Shown in pieces: positions 48,921 through 60,137 of a stretch of DNA of 64,000 nucleotides. A model generated the notes under the pieces. The model did not search any database. It was given only the letters and a program-made list of their open reading frames with translations, and was not told where the DNA came from. This DNA is from Promethearchaeota archaeon. Lineage in GTDB: Archaea > Asgardarchaeota > Heimdallarchaeia > Hodarchaeales > Hodarchaeaceae. The DNA lies in NCBI GenBank assembly GCA_048938105.1, contig JBHLMN010000015.1, forward strand, positions 97,771 through 161,770, written 5' to 3'. The stretch's first letter is position 1, and every line of letters starts with the position of its first letter. Both the position numbers and the translations under genes were made by a program.

Positions 48921-49464
48921 TTATCTATCAAGCCTAGTAGATGGATTTGATTGGATCGCCAATGCTACGTTAGTAAGTGGTCCTAAAGCAACGATTGTTA
49001 TTTTTTCAGTGGATGAATTGGCTATAGAAATAATTAAATCTGAAGCGTTCAAATCAGATACTTGGGTTTCAGTAGAGGGAAGGCCTAAGCCCCAGAAATT
49101 TTTAGAATTTTCTCGCCAAAAAGCAGGAAAGGTGTGATTTACATGTAGAGGTGTTTCTTTTCCTGCGGCAATAGGGATCTCATCATACCCTAGATAACTT
49201 AAGAGTTTAACATAGTTTTGTGCGCCTTCCTCTACATAACTAACACCACAAGAGAGCGTTAAAGCAAGAACATATACCCTTGGATGGTTAAGAAGATATA
49301 ATATCCTATATACATCATCAGGAGCACCATCAGAATCAATAATAACTGAAATTGTGTCTACTTCTTGATTAAAAATTCCTGTGGAAGAACCGTGATCAGT
49401 GAGTAAAAAGCACACAAGAACAAATGGTAATAACCGAATAAAATTAGAGGAACTTTTTTACCAT
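48921..49464 (-). pseudogene. Truncated, frameshifted secreted nucleoside hydrolase (IU-NH family)
   Basis: IIDSDGAPDD and LGPLTNVA motifs, then a stop at about half the family length; signal peptide out of frame in an A-run near 49455. Confidence 0.75.
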
Positions 49465-49603
49465 GACATTCAAATCGCAGAATTTAACTCATAAGATTGC
49501 TTTATGTGTATTGGATTTAAGGAAAGAGGTTCCTCTACATCTCAAGCTGATCTCTAAAGACAATTACACGAGGGTAGAAAATTTAATAACTCTAAAATGA
49601 GAG

Positions 49604-50170
49604 TTAAATTTGAAGAATTCTAGTGGTAGCTTCATTAGCAAATGAATAGATTTGATCCCAATCACGAAGATCATTGTATTCATTTTCAGTTAAATTAGAA
49701 CTTTTATCATCTCTTGCAGACATATTTGCAAACTTTTTTTCCAACCAACCAATCTTTGAGGTGTTTGACAGATCGAATACTCCCCCAAATGCTTCATGCA
49801 TCACTTTGTTTAAATCAAAACCTAAACTAGTAATAATTTTCTGAACATACTTTTCTTTAGCCTCCTGATATTTCTCTGGGTAAGAAGCTTCACCTGAGCT
49901 TACAAATACTGCTAAGAAAGGTTTCTCCTTCAGATGATTGGCATATTTTTTGAAGAAGTTTTTTGCTTCTTTTGTCCATCTTCCCATTTTTATACTGCTG
50001 CCAATTAGTACAGCATCGAATTGGTCTAATGGAGGCCATTTATCCTTTTTGACATCTATAACAGTTGTATCTAGACCCTGATTCCTCATGATCTCTGCAA
50101 ATTTAATCGAAATTTCTTCTGTACTCCCAAATCGAGTTCCATATACAATTAACACTCTTTTTGTCAACAT
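49604..50170 (-). CDS. Flavodoxin-domain protein (HemG-like)
   Basis: YGTRFGSTEEI FMN loop, IGSSI, FGG, DLRDWDQI. Confidence 0.88.
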   Translation of the reverse strand: MLTKRVLIVYGTRFGSTEEISIKFAEIMRNQGLDTTVIDVKKDKWPPLDQFDAVLIGSSIKMGRWTKEAKNFFKKYANHLKEKPFLAVFVSSGEASYPEKYQEAKEKYVQKIITSLGFDLNKVMHEAFGGVFDLSNTSKIGWLEKKFANMSARDDKSSNLTENEYNDLRDWDQIYSFANEATTRILQI

Positions 50171-50581
50171 TTGATCCTCAGTTACTAGTTTGGCTTATCG
50201 AAATCTTAACTTGAGATCTAGCAGGTTTATTTCTTCTGAAAGATTGCACTTTTTTGGTGCATTGTATATTCGAGCATTTTTGTATTTTAACGGAGAGACA
50301 GTCATTTTATACTAAAAACAGGGTCAATTATATAACTGACGATACTGGAATAGATATTTTATATTAATGACATGTACCAAGAAAATTCCAAAGACCAATC
50401 ATTTTCTTCAATGTTAACCCCATAAAAAGGCTTTATATTCGCTTTATATAGTATCAATGCCTTTTATCTTTTGTTATCAGTTATGTCGTTTTTACATTCG
50501 GATTACTCGTGATATTTATATCGTCTACTTTGGAAATATGAACCCAACAAGAATTTTTGAAATTAAAAAATTCCGAGAAAT

Positions 50582-52483
50582 ATGAGTAATGGTGGAGTAT
50601 TTTTTTTAACAACCGATATCCATATATTTGATATATTAGGAGAAAATTCGTTCAGAGGTTATCTGTTGTCCATTTCAGAAGTATTTTCCTGTATCAAATG
50701 GAAACTAGAGCAAAATCAGCAGATTTCATCTATTGGTAAACTCAATTCACTGGAAAACCTACTATATCAGGGAAAAAGCCATGAGTTGTTAGATATTTTT
50801 AAACAGCTGAAAAAAAAGGGGGAAATGACACGAGTAGCCTTGGTTGAGACGCAAATTCTTGAAATCCTAATCTTATATGAACTAGGTGAATTTCAATCAG
50901 GACTAGACCTCATTGAAAAGATTATCAAGGTAGTCAAGCATTCTGAAGATCGATTAGCAGAATTTAATGTAATACTTTTAAAAATAAGGGCATTTTTAGA
51001 GCTTGGTGATTTAAGAACATGTAGAAACTTAATAAAAAACGCAGAAGAACTTCTTCATATATTTGAGGATAACTTGGCTAAGGAGGGAAGAAGAAAAGAA
51101 TCTGACCTAAACTACTTGAAAGCTCGAGTATTCACAAGAACAGCTGAGTATGACAATGCGCTTGATTTTGCGCAAAAAGCATTAATCAACAGGAGAGAAA
51201 ACAAAAATCAGTATGAAATCGCAGAAGGTCTAAATTTAGTAGGGATTATCTACATAGCAAAAGGTGAGTATCAAAAAGCAAACGACTATTTCCAAGAATC
51301 ATTAAAGATCTTTAGCAAATTTGATAATAAAAAGGCAATTGCAAAGATATTAAATAATCTTGGGATGAATTACTGGAGAATAGGGAATTTACAGAAGGCT
51401 ATTAACTTTTTTCAAAAGAGTTTATCATTAGCTGAAGAATTGGAAAACTTTACCTATATTGCTATATCACATTTAAACATCGGTCTTATTTATGTGAATC
51501 AAGGGGAATTGAATTTAGCACTAAAGAGTCTTCAGAAAAGCTTAGCTATAAGTAAAGAGTTAGATCAGAAACGTCCCCTTTCATTATGCTTAAACAATAT
51601 TGGATTAATTTTTCATGCGAGAGGGGATTTTGAGCAGGCTTTACGTTACTATCAAGAGTCATTAGTCCTAGGACAGGAACTAGGGAATAACCATGACATA
51701 GCGATCTGCCATAACAATATTGGGGAAATATATAGCTCAATGGGGAAATATGACGAGGCTCTAGATCAGATAAAGAAGAGCCTAACGATTTTTCAAGAGA
51801 TCAAGGCCATTCCTGATATAACAATTCCGTTATTCAATCTTGTAGAGCTTTCATTAAATTCAGGATTGCCACAAAAAGCCCAATCATATTTGCAGCAACT
51901 CCAAGAGATCGATATGAAAGAGGAACATAGACTAATCAGTCAAAGGTATCGGTTAGCTAAAGCTTTGGTATTAAAAAGTAGCAGAAGGGCAAAGATGAAG
52001 GTGAACTCGTCCGAGATTCTTGAAGAACTAATATCGGAGGAAATTATCGATCATACACTCGCAGTACGGGCAATGTTTGAGCTTTCCGAGCTATTAATTG
52101 ATGAATTAAGAGCATATGGAGAGGAAGAAGTCTTTTATGAAGTCAAAGAGTTGATCCAACGGTTAGATGAAAAAGCGAACACACAAAAATCGTATTCATT
52201 AATTATTGATACATCGATTCTCCGAGCAAAGCTTTCAATGGTAGAAGGTGATTTGAATACATCACAGCAGCTTTTAGATCAAGTAGAACTGATTGCAAAG
52301 GAAAAAGAGATTCAACAGTTAGCTAACAAAGTCCAAAAGGAGAAAGAACAATTGAAAAATCAATATGAGAAATGGGAGAAACTTATTCAAACTAATGCTC
52401 CTTTCGGATCACGGTTGGAACAAGCACAATTAGCTGAATACATCAATACAGCGAAAAAGACGAAAAGAGAATGGGGAAGGTAA
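50582..52483 (+). CDS. TPR-repeat protein (real start probably ~50663)
   Basis: Several LNNLG..Y...G...A..Y..SL 40-aa repeats. Confidence 0.9.
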   Translation: MSNGGVFFLTTDIHIFDILGENSFRGYLLSISEVFSCIKWKLEQNQQISSIGKLNSLENLLYQGKSHELLDIFKQLKKKGEMTRVALVETQILEILILYELGEFQSGLDLIEKIIKVVKHSEDRLAEFNVILLKIRAFLELGDLRTCRNLIKNAEELLHIFEDNLAKEGRRKESDLNYLKARVFTRTAEYDNALDFAQKALINRRENKNQYEIAEGLNLVGIIYIAKGEYQKANDYFQESLKIFSKFDNKKAIAKILNNLGMNYWRIGNLQKAINFFQKSLSLAEELENFTYIAISHLNIGLIYVNQGELNLALKSLQKSLAISKELDQKRPLSLCLNNIGLIFHARGDFEQALRYYQESLVLGQELGNNHDIAICHNNIGEIYSSMGKYDEALDQIKKSLTIFQEIKAIPDITIPLFNLVELSLNSGLPQKAQSYLQQLQEIDMKEEHRLISQRYRLAKALVLKSSRRAKMKVNSSEILEELISEEIIDHTLAVRAMFELSELLIDELRAYGEEEVFYEVKELIQRLDEKANTQKSYSLIIDTSILRAKLSMVEGDLNTSQQLLDQVELIAKEKEIQQLANKVQKEKEQLKNQYEKWEKLIQTNAPFGSRLEQAQLAEYINTAKKTKREWGR

Positions 52484-52959
52484 TGGTTTGAACATTTTCT
52501 CACCAACATTAAACGACAACAGATAAGGGAAGGATTTGAAGAAAAACCCCAATAAAGAAAACAAGGGCAGAAGGGAGGAGGAAGAGAAATGTTACTATGA
52601 TCATAAAGGTAATATCGTGATTTATAAAGTTTTCAATAGAGGAGATCAGTACCAAGTTATATACAAGATTTTAATGATGCGAAATAAACTATCTTTTGTG
52701 GAAATCAGAAAAATCCAGCTGAAAGATATAGATAAAGTTACAATTTTATTTCAAATTACCTTGAGAGAATTTTTCTCAAGGACTATCCTAATCACACCAT
52801 CCAGAGATTATGTGCTGATTCCATTATCATTGGTTATTGTACATCTATTATGTAACAAATTCAATGTATTTCTCCTGCAATGAACCATTAATTTGACAAT
52901 AAAGATATGTTTAAAAGAAATAAATTCAATCATACATCTAATGAAGGAAGGATAACTTA

Positions 52960-54141
52960 TTGAAAGATTCAAATATTCCAATTCAAACTCTATTTGAAGA
53001 ATCACCTATTTCAATCTGGAGAGAAGATCTATCAGAATTAAAGAAATATTTAGACTCATTGAAAAACGAAACTAAAGACATTAAGGAATACTTTGATGAG
53101 AATCCATCCGAAATAATCAAGTGTGCACAGTTAGTTAAAATTTTTGATGTTAATAGATCAATGATGGAATTAATCGAAGAAGAATCAAAAAATGAATTAA
53201 TAGGATCCTTTGTAAAACACTTAAGTCCTGAAATGGCAATTTTACCTTTTAAGGAAGCTATAATTACTCTTTCAGAGGGAAAAATACAGAATTATGTAGA
53301 AGGTTATACGGTAACTAAGAAAGGCAAATTAGTCTACTTGAAATATTTAACATATATTCCTGAAGTATTTGCTTCAACTTGGGCTGAAGCTTGGGTATTA
53401 GTTTTCGATCTTACCAAATATAAGGAAAAAGAGTCAATTCTGAATGAAAAAGCTAGTAAGAATGAGTTTTTGCTTGATTTATTGACTCACGATCTTAGAA
53501 ATTATCATACACAGTGTCAGGGTTATATTGATGTAATCCTTGATGGAAAAGTAGACCAAGAAGACCTCGTCTTAAATTGCCTATCTAGGGCAAAGAAGGG
53601 TATACAACAAGCAACTAAACTATTAAATAATGTTTCCACATTGATGAAAACTCAGATAACCAAAGAATTCGTATTACAACCCATAGAACTGAAAGTCGTT
53701 CTTATTAGAGCAAGAGAGTTCATATTGGATCTTTATCCGAATCAGAAGATAGTTGTATCAATAGAAAACATACCAGATAACTTAATTGTACATGCTGATT
53801 CATTGGTTGAATATTTGTTCATCAATCTCTTCACAAATGCAGTGAAGTATAATCAAAATAAGGTTAAAGAAATTAAAGTAACTACATTTCACGAGGGTGA
53901 TATCTGTATTATAAAAATTGCAGACAATGCAAGAGGGATCCCACCTAAAATGCGTAAGGATATCTTTACACGTTATTCTGAATTCCAAAAAAGTGGAAAG
54001 GGGTCAGGACTCGGGATGTTTATTAGTAAAACACTTGTAGATCGATATAACGGTCAGATTTTGATTGAAAGCCGTGATCTCGATGATTATTCTATAGGAA
54101 CGCAGATTAAGATTATTCTAAAGAGTATTTCAGGTGCTTGA
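52960..54141 (+). CDS. PAS-domain sensor histidine kinase
   Basis: LFEESPISI PAS start, THDLRN H-box, NLFTNAVKY, DNARGI, GSGLG. Confidence 0.92.
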   Translation: MKDSNIPIQTLFEESPISIWREDLSELKKYLDSLKNETKDIKEYFDENPSEIIKCAQLVKIFDVNRSMMELIEEESKNELIGSFVKHLSPEMAILPFKEAIITLSEGKIQNYVEGYTVTKKGKLVYLKYLTYIPEVFASTWAEAWVLVFDLTKYKEKESILNEKASKNEFLLDLLTHDLRNYHTQCQGYIDVILDGKVDQEDLVLNCLSRAKKGIQQATKLLNNVSTLMKTQITKEFVLQPIELKVVLIRAREFILDLYPNQKIVVSIENIPDNLIVHADSLVEYLFINLFTNAVKYNQNKVKEIKVTTFHEGDICIIKIADNARGIPPKMRKDIFTRYSEFQKSGKGSGLGMFISKTLVDRYNGQILIESRDLDDYSIGTQIKIILKSISGA

Positions 54142-54304
54142 ATAACAAAGACTATATATCTTGATTGGAAAAGAGAAATAGACCATTATCTTAAGTTAAT
54201 TCTCATTAATTTTGGAAGCATGAAATGCATCTATGTCGTGTAAGAATCATAATATTAAATTATTAGGTTAAAGTGGAAATTAAAACAAGCTAAAGTCAAC
54301 AAGG

Positions 54305-55027
54305 TCAGATGCTTTTCTGTTGAATATCATATGCTAAAGCCGTTATGATTGTGAATACTGCTAGAATCATTGATAATTGACCAACACAAAGCAATAGAAC
54401 AGTAAAAGTATTAATATCCAAGAATAAAGAAAACGGAAATCCAAAAATTGCCATCTCTGTACCAAGCAGAGATACCAGAACAGTACTAATAAGCGACCAA
54501 GGCCATAACCTTAGAAGGTTATGTTGCCAAGTCACAGAAAGATGTGTTCTCCACCATGATAATGGTTTATTTATTCTAGTTGCGACAATAGAAGAAATAA
54601 TTCCGAATGTTAAAGGAGGAGAACCCCCTCCAGTTAAAAATAATGTAATACAGAGAAAAAAGGATACCCTTGCTCCAAATTTCTTATCAATCAATCTGAC
54701 AGACCAGAAGATAATAATTAATCCAATAATTATTGTAATTATCCCAGTTATAAGGAAATTTGGAATTAAAGTGAAAGCTGGCTCACTAGCGCCAAGCCAA
54801 TATTTCTGATTCGGCCCAATAGCATCAATAATGAAACCAAATCCAAAAGAATCTACCTCTAAACCTAATGGAGCTACTGTAGGGGTGTTATTCCCCTGAA
54901 GTATCTCAAAAAGTCCGTGTTCAATACCTAGAATAGCTGATAAGACACCATATGTTACTACAACCCAATTAATTGCATTTCTTTGATAATTATTCTGGAT
55001 AAAATCATCTAGTTTTGAATTTGTCAT
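54305..55027 (-). CDS. Hypothetical multi-TM membrane protein
   Basis: GIEHGLFEILQG, EPAFTLIPN; about six TMs. Confidence 0.75.
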   Translation of the reverse strand: MTNSKLDDFIQNNYQRNAINWVVVTYGVLSAILGIEHGLFEILQGNNTPTVAPLGLEVDSFGFGFIIDAIGPNQKYWLGASEPAFTLIPNFLITGIITIIIGLIIIFWSVRLIDKKFGARVSFFLCITLFLTGGGSPPLTFGIISSIVATRINKPLSWWRTHLSVTWQHNLLRLWPWSLISTVLVSLLGTEMAIFGFPFSLFLDINTFTVLLLCVGQLSMILAVFTIITALAYDIQQKSI

Positions 55028-55183
55028 ATTAAAATCTCTGTACCTATATAAGAAAGGCTAAATGTAGTAATATTACTAAGCAGAATTAATATATATAGAG
55101 ATTGATATCAAGGTGTTAAATAAAATGTTACATTAACACATTAACTCACTCATACAAGCAGCGATAACCGATGCAAGTATATA

Positions 55184-55215
55184 CCGTAATCTATACTTTT
55201 CAAGACCTAAACAAC
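55184..55215 (+). repeat. 32-bp dispersed direct repeat, copy 1
   Basis: CCGTAATCTATACTTTTCAAGACCTAAACAAC; 30/32 identical to 57315-57346. Confidence 0.8.
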
Positions 55216-55548
55216 GATGCATCCAATAATTATTTAAAAACAAAGGTGAATCTCATCATTCCCTCATTTGGTCTTTTAAGAAAAGTTATTCTATTCCTGT
55301 TACCTCTATAATATTCATAATGATAGCTCCATCATGTTCTTAATTTGGTTTCAATTCTTTTACGTGCATTATAAATTTTCATTTTTCTATTTTCTTGTCT
55401 CCTGAATATACAAAAGAGTTAAAGGAATTTATTTGGCCGATTTTGAAATAATAAGAAAATGGTCCAGATAGATTGCGTAAGGACAATCACATTAGTAAAT
55501 AAAAACATAAAATTTATAATCCAAGGATTCAAAAATTACAAATATTCC

Positions 55549-57018
55549 CTAATCAACTGGTTGTTGTTTCACTAAATCAAGTGCTTCCTGTAAATATTCC
55601 CGAAATTCTGCATAATCAACAGGTTCTTTCATATCAGATCCTCGATAATGGGTCTTCTGCATCAGTAGTGCCAACTCCTTCTCAATCTTCTGTTCTAGGT
55701 TTTTGAGTTGTAACTCTTTTATTTGTTCCATTGTATGTTTCAATATTTCAAGTGCTTTTACACAATTATTTTTGAGATAGTATGTATATTTCGCTAATAA
55801 TATTTGCTGTGAAGTATATCCAAATACCGCCTTGGGGTTTCTAAGTAATGGGTACTCCCCTAAACGATTCATTATTGTTTCTATCTCTTTTACTATTCTT
55901 TCATCTTCAGTAATCACAACATTCTCGAATAAAAGGTCTATTAAATGTATTGTCACTTCTCTATGATAGCGTGATTCACTTTCTACCTCCAATAACTGCT
56001 TAAATATTTCTATTGCTTGTCCTTTTTCCTTAAATGACCCGTGTTTCAGAAGTAATGCGTTATCATGTCTTATAAGAAACATGGACAAACTATCCTCAGA
56101 TAATTTATCTTTGAGATCCTCCATTTTCAGCAGCTGTTCTCCCGTTTTCTTCAAAAACTGTCTGTTGTTTTCTATCCTAAACATTTCATAATAATAATCA
56201 AATATAATGTGATACCCTAAAAGTATCATTGAGGGTTGCCTTGTTTGAATCTTGTATTGTAAACTCTCCTGATGAGATGCTAGTGCTTCTTTATATTTAC
56301 CTTCTTGAAAAAAACAGTAGGCTATGTTATCCAGGGCTTTAATAATATCGAACTCTTGGTTATACTTTTTTGCTGTTAATAAGGCCTGATTACAGTAATC
56401 ATGTGCCTTTAGAATATCTCCTTTTAACCTATAAAACCACCCAAGTGAAATAAGGTTGAATGCTAGATACTTACTATTATATTTTTTCCCCACCGCCATT
56501 CCTTGTAGATAGTACTCTTCCGCTTGATCCAGCTTACCGAGTTGTATATACCAATATGCCACAGCAAAGTTATATGATTGAACAATGTCCTCTCCATCAT
56601 CTGGGATTTTCGCCAAGGATTTTCTTCCTTTTTCTGCATAAGTAATATTCCGTTCTATCTCCTCTTTTGTCGTTCCTCCTCGAGAACCCAAGTAATTCAT
56701 ATAATAAATTCCTTCAATCATGTATTTTTCCCATGTGTTTTCTAACTTTAATTTTAAGAAGATATTTTCTGCTAATGCCGCATACTTCTTGCTTAATTCT
56801 TGATTGTGCTGTATTTGACTGTAGTACAACCGATATGAAAGGTAGAGTATACACAGAAGAGACTCATCCTGGAGTTCTGCAATTCTCTCCTCTACATCAA
56901 CCATTATGCTAAGGAATTTCTCAATGTTGTATTTGGAATAAAGATAGTATTCTGCAATCCAAATCCTTGCAAACGTAATATCTCTTGGATCATCTAAAGC
57001 ATCGGTCATTTCTTCCAT
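55549..57018 (-). CDS. TPR-repeat protein (frame open to ~57090)
   Basis: TPR-like repeats LG..Y...G....A; GGAGG SD near 57096 suggests an upstream start. Confidence 0.82.
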   Translation of the reverse strand: MEEMTDALDDPRDITFARIWIAEYYLYSKYNIEKFLSIMVDVEERIAELQDESLLCILYLSYRLYYSQIQHNQELSKKYAALAENIFLKLKLENTWEKYMIEGIYYMNYLGSRGGTTKEEIERNITYAEKGRKSLAKIPDDGEDIVQSYNFAVAYWYIQLGKLDQAEEYYLQGMAVGKKYNSKYLAFNLISLGWFYRLKGDILKAHDYCNQALLTAKKYNQEFDIIKALDNIAYCFFQEGKYKEALASHQESLQYKIQTRQPSMILLGYHIIFDYYYEMFRIENNRQFLKKTGEQLLKMEDLKDKLSEDSLSMFLIRHDNALLLKHGSFKEKGQAIEIFKQLLEVESESRYHREVTIHLIDLLFENVVITEDERIVKEIETIMNRLGEYPLLRNPKAVFGYTSQQILLAKYTYYLKNNCVKALEILKHTMEQIKELQLKNLEQKIEKELALLMQKTHYRGSDMKEPVDYAEFREYLQEALDLVKQQPVD

Positions 57019-57314
57019 TTTATTTATATCTCCCTCTATTACATAACAACTAAAGATTTCCTTTGCTTTTTGTGAAATGGGAGACAGTATTCATTCCTCC
57101 GTAGCTCATTCCTAATGATTAGACAATATATTTCTAGCTCCTTAATGTTCTTAACTTGTCTTTAATTTTTTTCATAAATTATAAATCTATGTGTTAGTCT
57201 ATGTTATCGTCTCCTCTCTGTTATAGCTTTTAGTTGTTCATACGCATCAGAGCTCTTTGAAAATGGACATACCTTCACACACACTGAGCCCCCATAGTAC
57301 TGTGCAATCAATAC

Positions 57315-57346
57315 CCGTAATCTATACTTTTCATGACCTAACCAAC
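57315..57346 (+). repeat. 32-bp dispersed direct repeat, copy 2
   Basis: CCGTAATCTATACTTTTCATGACCTAACCAAC. Confidence 0.8.
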
Positions 57347-57568
57347 ATTATTGTTCCTTGAAAAATCATGTCATGTCCTGACTTCGAGAAATGAATTAAC
57401 TTTTTTTATTGTCATTATTCTTACAAGAATAGATATTCAGACAGTAATTCTGCTTCATTCACATAACCAACGAACGGTATACTCATTAATGAGTTATCCG
57501 TGAATATTTTGCAATCTTACGTTTTATCGGTGGCATTGCTTTCTTTACTGTTGGTGAATCAATGAAAC

Positions 57569-58285
57569 CTAATCCATTAATCTCAGAGCAGGATTTATCG
57601 TTTTAAAAATCAATCTTTCGTGGCTTGAAGGATTAAATGATAGAAAAGTTTCCCAAATTGGGATGAGTTCATTCTCTGGGGGAGAATAGTAATGAAGGAG
57701 GGTATTTTCATCAATTTCTCTAAGCTCACTAACCAAAGGGTAAGATGGATTTGGATTCCTTTTTCCAATGAAAATCATTTCACGAGTCCCAATACGATAT
57801 TTTTGTTTATGAAGTAGAGCAAGACTCATTTTATTGTGAAGGAGATATGCTGGGCATTTTGATTTTACCCAAGGATACCATTCTCTACATATTAGTGGCC
57901 TGAGAGTATAAATTCGGCATAAATCCTCCTGTAGAAAGATGCAGGGTTTAATTTGACATAATTCTGATAATATTTCAGAGTGATCTCTTCGTTTTCCATT
58001 TTTTAAGAATTGCTTGCTCAATTGCAGAATGTCTATTCTTAAGGATCTTATTACATTGTGTAAATTCTTAGAATCTGGGAAAGAAATCTCTCTACAGCAT
58101 TGACCACATTGCTGACATAAAAAAGGAATATTTAAGGTGAAGGAACCACCAAATTGAGTGAGGATATCAAATCTAGTGAAGATAATGGTATCGATGTGTT
58201 GGGTGACAATCTCCACAAATGCTACTTCCTTTAATTCAAAATGAGATATGGATAAACAGACATAAGCTTGAAATTTAAGACACAA
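57569..58285 (-). CDS. YkgJ-family CxxCxxCC protein
   Basis: CQQCGQCC, PCIFL..CRIY..RPLICR.WYP. Confidence 0.8.
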   Translation of the reverse strand: MCLKFQAYVCLSISHFELKEVAFVEIVTQHIDTIIFTRFDILTQFGGSFTLNIPFLCQQCGQCCREISFPDSKNLHNVIRSLRIDILQLSKQFLKNGKRRDHSEILSELCQIKPCIFLQEDLCRIYTLRPLICREWYPWVKSKCPAYLLHNKMSLALLHKQKYRIGTREMIFIGKRNPNPSYPLVSELREIDENTLLHYYSPPENELIPIWETFLSFNPSSHERLIFKTINPALRLMD

Positions 58286-58364
58286 AAAATTATTATCATT
58301 AATTCAATGAAATTTGTATTAAGGTATTGATCAATGGTTGGTTTTAAACGTAGATTTGTAGAAT

Positions 58365-58886
58365 TTAAGAGGTTGAAATTTGAGAAACAACTCTTGAATG
58401 GAATAGCATACCCCAAAGAAATATTAGTATTAATATAGCTAATGCTAGTGAACCATTATTCGGAAAGAAAATCACAAAGGTAATTAAAACTAGATTAATA
58501 ACGACTCCAAGTATCCAATGAAAAGGGGTTGGAGATAATCCATCGTAGAACACTATAAAGGCTAAAGTCGCAATAACTGAAGAAATGATTACTAGTAGAG
58601 ATAAATTTTCATTTATGCCTATAAAATTGAGACCTGATAGAAGTAGTATTAATCCACTCACACCAAATAATATCACAATAAGTATCCAGGTTATTTTTCC
58701 GATATAATTGGTAATTTTTTGGGGGAGTACTTTGTCTAATAACCAAGATTTTCGTGACCATCCCAAATGGACATTATCTTTCTCGTCATAGTGATAGAAC
58801 ATGAACATAATGTGTATTGCACCATGAGCCATTATGTATAAGCCTAAAAGTAATTTCTCTAAATCTGTTATCTCTAAGACCGTCAT
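58365..58886 (-). CDS. Hypothetical membrane protein
   Basis: Five hydrophobic segments; HGAIH and SWLL motifs. Confidence 0.7.
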   Translation of the reverse strand: MTVLEITDLEKLLLGLYIMAHGAIHIMFMFYHYDEKDNVHLGWSRKSWLLDKVLPQKITNYIGKITWILIVILFGVSGLILLLSGLNFIGINENLSLLVIISSVIATLAFIVFYDGLSPTPFHWILGVVINLVLITFVIFFPNNGSLALAILILIFLWGMLFHSRVVSQISTS

Positions 58887-59348
58887 AATTCGAACACAAC
58901 ATTATTCTTAACTTATTTCCAGTTCTTTTATACTAATTCTTTAGTTTTTTGTATCTGGTGAATAGAAAAGGTTTTAAAGGACTTTTTTACTAGCAATAAC
59001 TTATCTACTGTTGCTATTACAACAATGATCAAAATGATCAAACTTAATGAAATAAAACTTGCAATATCTGGATCAGCTATCCGGTAGTTTTCATCAACAA
59101 CTTTGATTCTCTCTAAGAAGGTATATACAAATATCTTACTCTTTGTATTCCTTTAAGATTGGTTGTGGTTTCCAATTGAACCAGATCTGTAAGTGATAAA
59201 TTAGGAATGGGTATAGATAATTCATGAAATTTCGTAGCATGATACTTATATTTCGTTCGGTAAAATGAATGATTGACGAACATGTTTTATTATTATGATA
59301 ACTATCGAACGAAAAAAATAGTAAAAGAGGGGTGTAGATATTATATGA

Positions 59349-59645
59349 TTACTCCGGCAACTCTTTGGAAATAGAAACATAATCCTCCACAGGGATAGTG
59401 ACCAATGTTTCTGTCCGTACTTCTCCAGATCTCACGATTCTAAGCACAGCTTTCATCATGGTGTTGTTATCAGGGAACTCTGTAATTGCTACAAAATCAT
59501 ATCGTCCAAATGTATAGAAAAGGTGCTTGATTTCTCCTTGATATTCTTTAACCCAATCATGAGTTACTTTGAGTTTTTCATCAGTTTCTTTTACTTCTTC
59601 AATTCCTTTTTGTGTATAATTTCCTAAAACAATATAAATTGGCAT
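59349..59645 (-). CDS. GYD-domain protein
   Basis: YTQKGI, YTFGRYD, EFPD, VRTETL. Confidence 0.88.
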   Translation of the reverse strand: MPIYIVLGNYTQKGIEEVKETDEKLKVTHDWVKEYQGEIKHLFYTFGRYDFVAITEFPDNNTMMKAVLRIVRSGEVRTETLVTIPVEDYVSISKELPE

Positions 59646-60137
59646 AGCTTTTCCTCCTTATGAGCTTCTTAGTTCTTTTTGAGATTTTTCTGAACTTTAA
59701 TGAAAGAATTTCAATCAGAACATGTAATTTCTAGTTACTAGATTTTAAGTTTTATCTGTAAAATTAATTCTCATTAGATTTGTCACAGTTATATGAACGA
59801 GCTCAATACCTCGTCAACAACCGATTGGTGACTTACAATTAAATCAGCCCTGACCTATAGAGTATTAATTCCAAAAAAAAATCATTTAACCATTGTGTTA
59901 TGCTATGCATGTTTTTACGTAAATTCAGTACTTTATCAAACTTTCAAAGGAGTATTAGACGATGATATTGAATTACTTCTAGAATAAGATCCATCAATCA
60001 TTTATGTTATAAATAACATAGATTTTTATTGACCAAACAGAATTAACAAGTTGGATAAAAGAGAGGATGTTTCAAGTATCTCTTTTCCCATAACATGAAG
60101 AAAGAATGTTAATATCAAGAGACAAATCGGTGATGAT

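Noticed and set aside
52536-52883. 115-aa ORF between the TPR gene and the kinase
   Set aside because: Begins in a low-complexity purine tract; no recognisable motif
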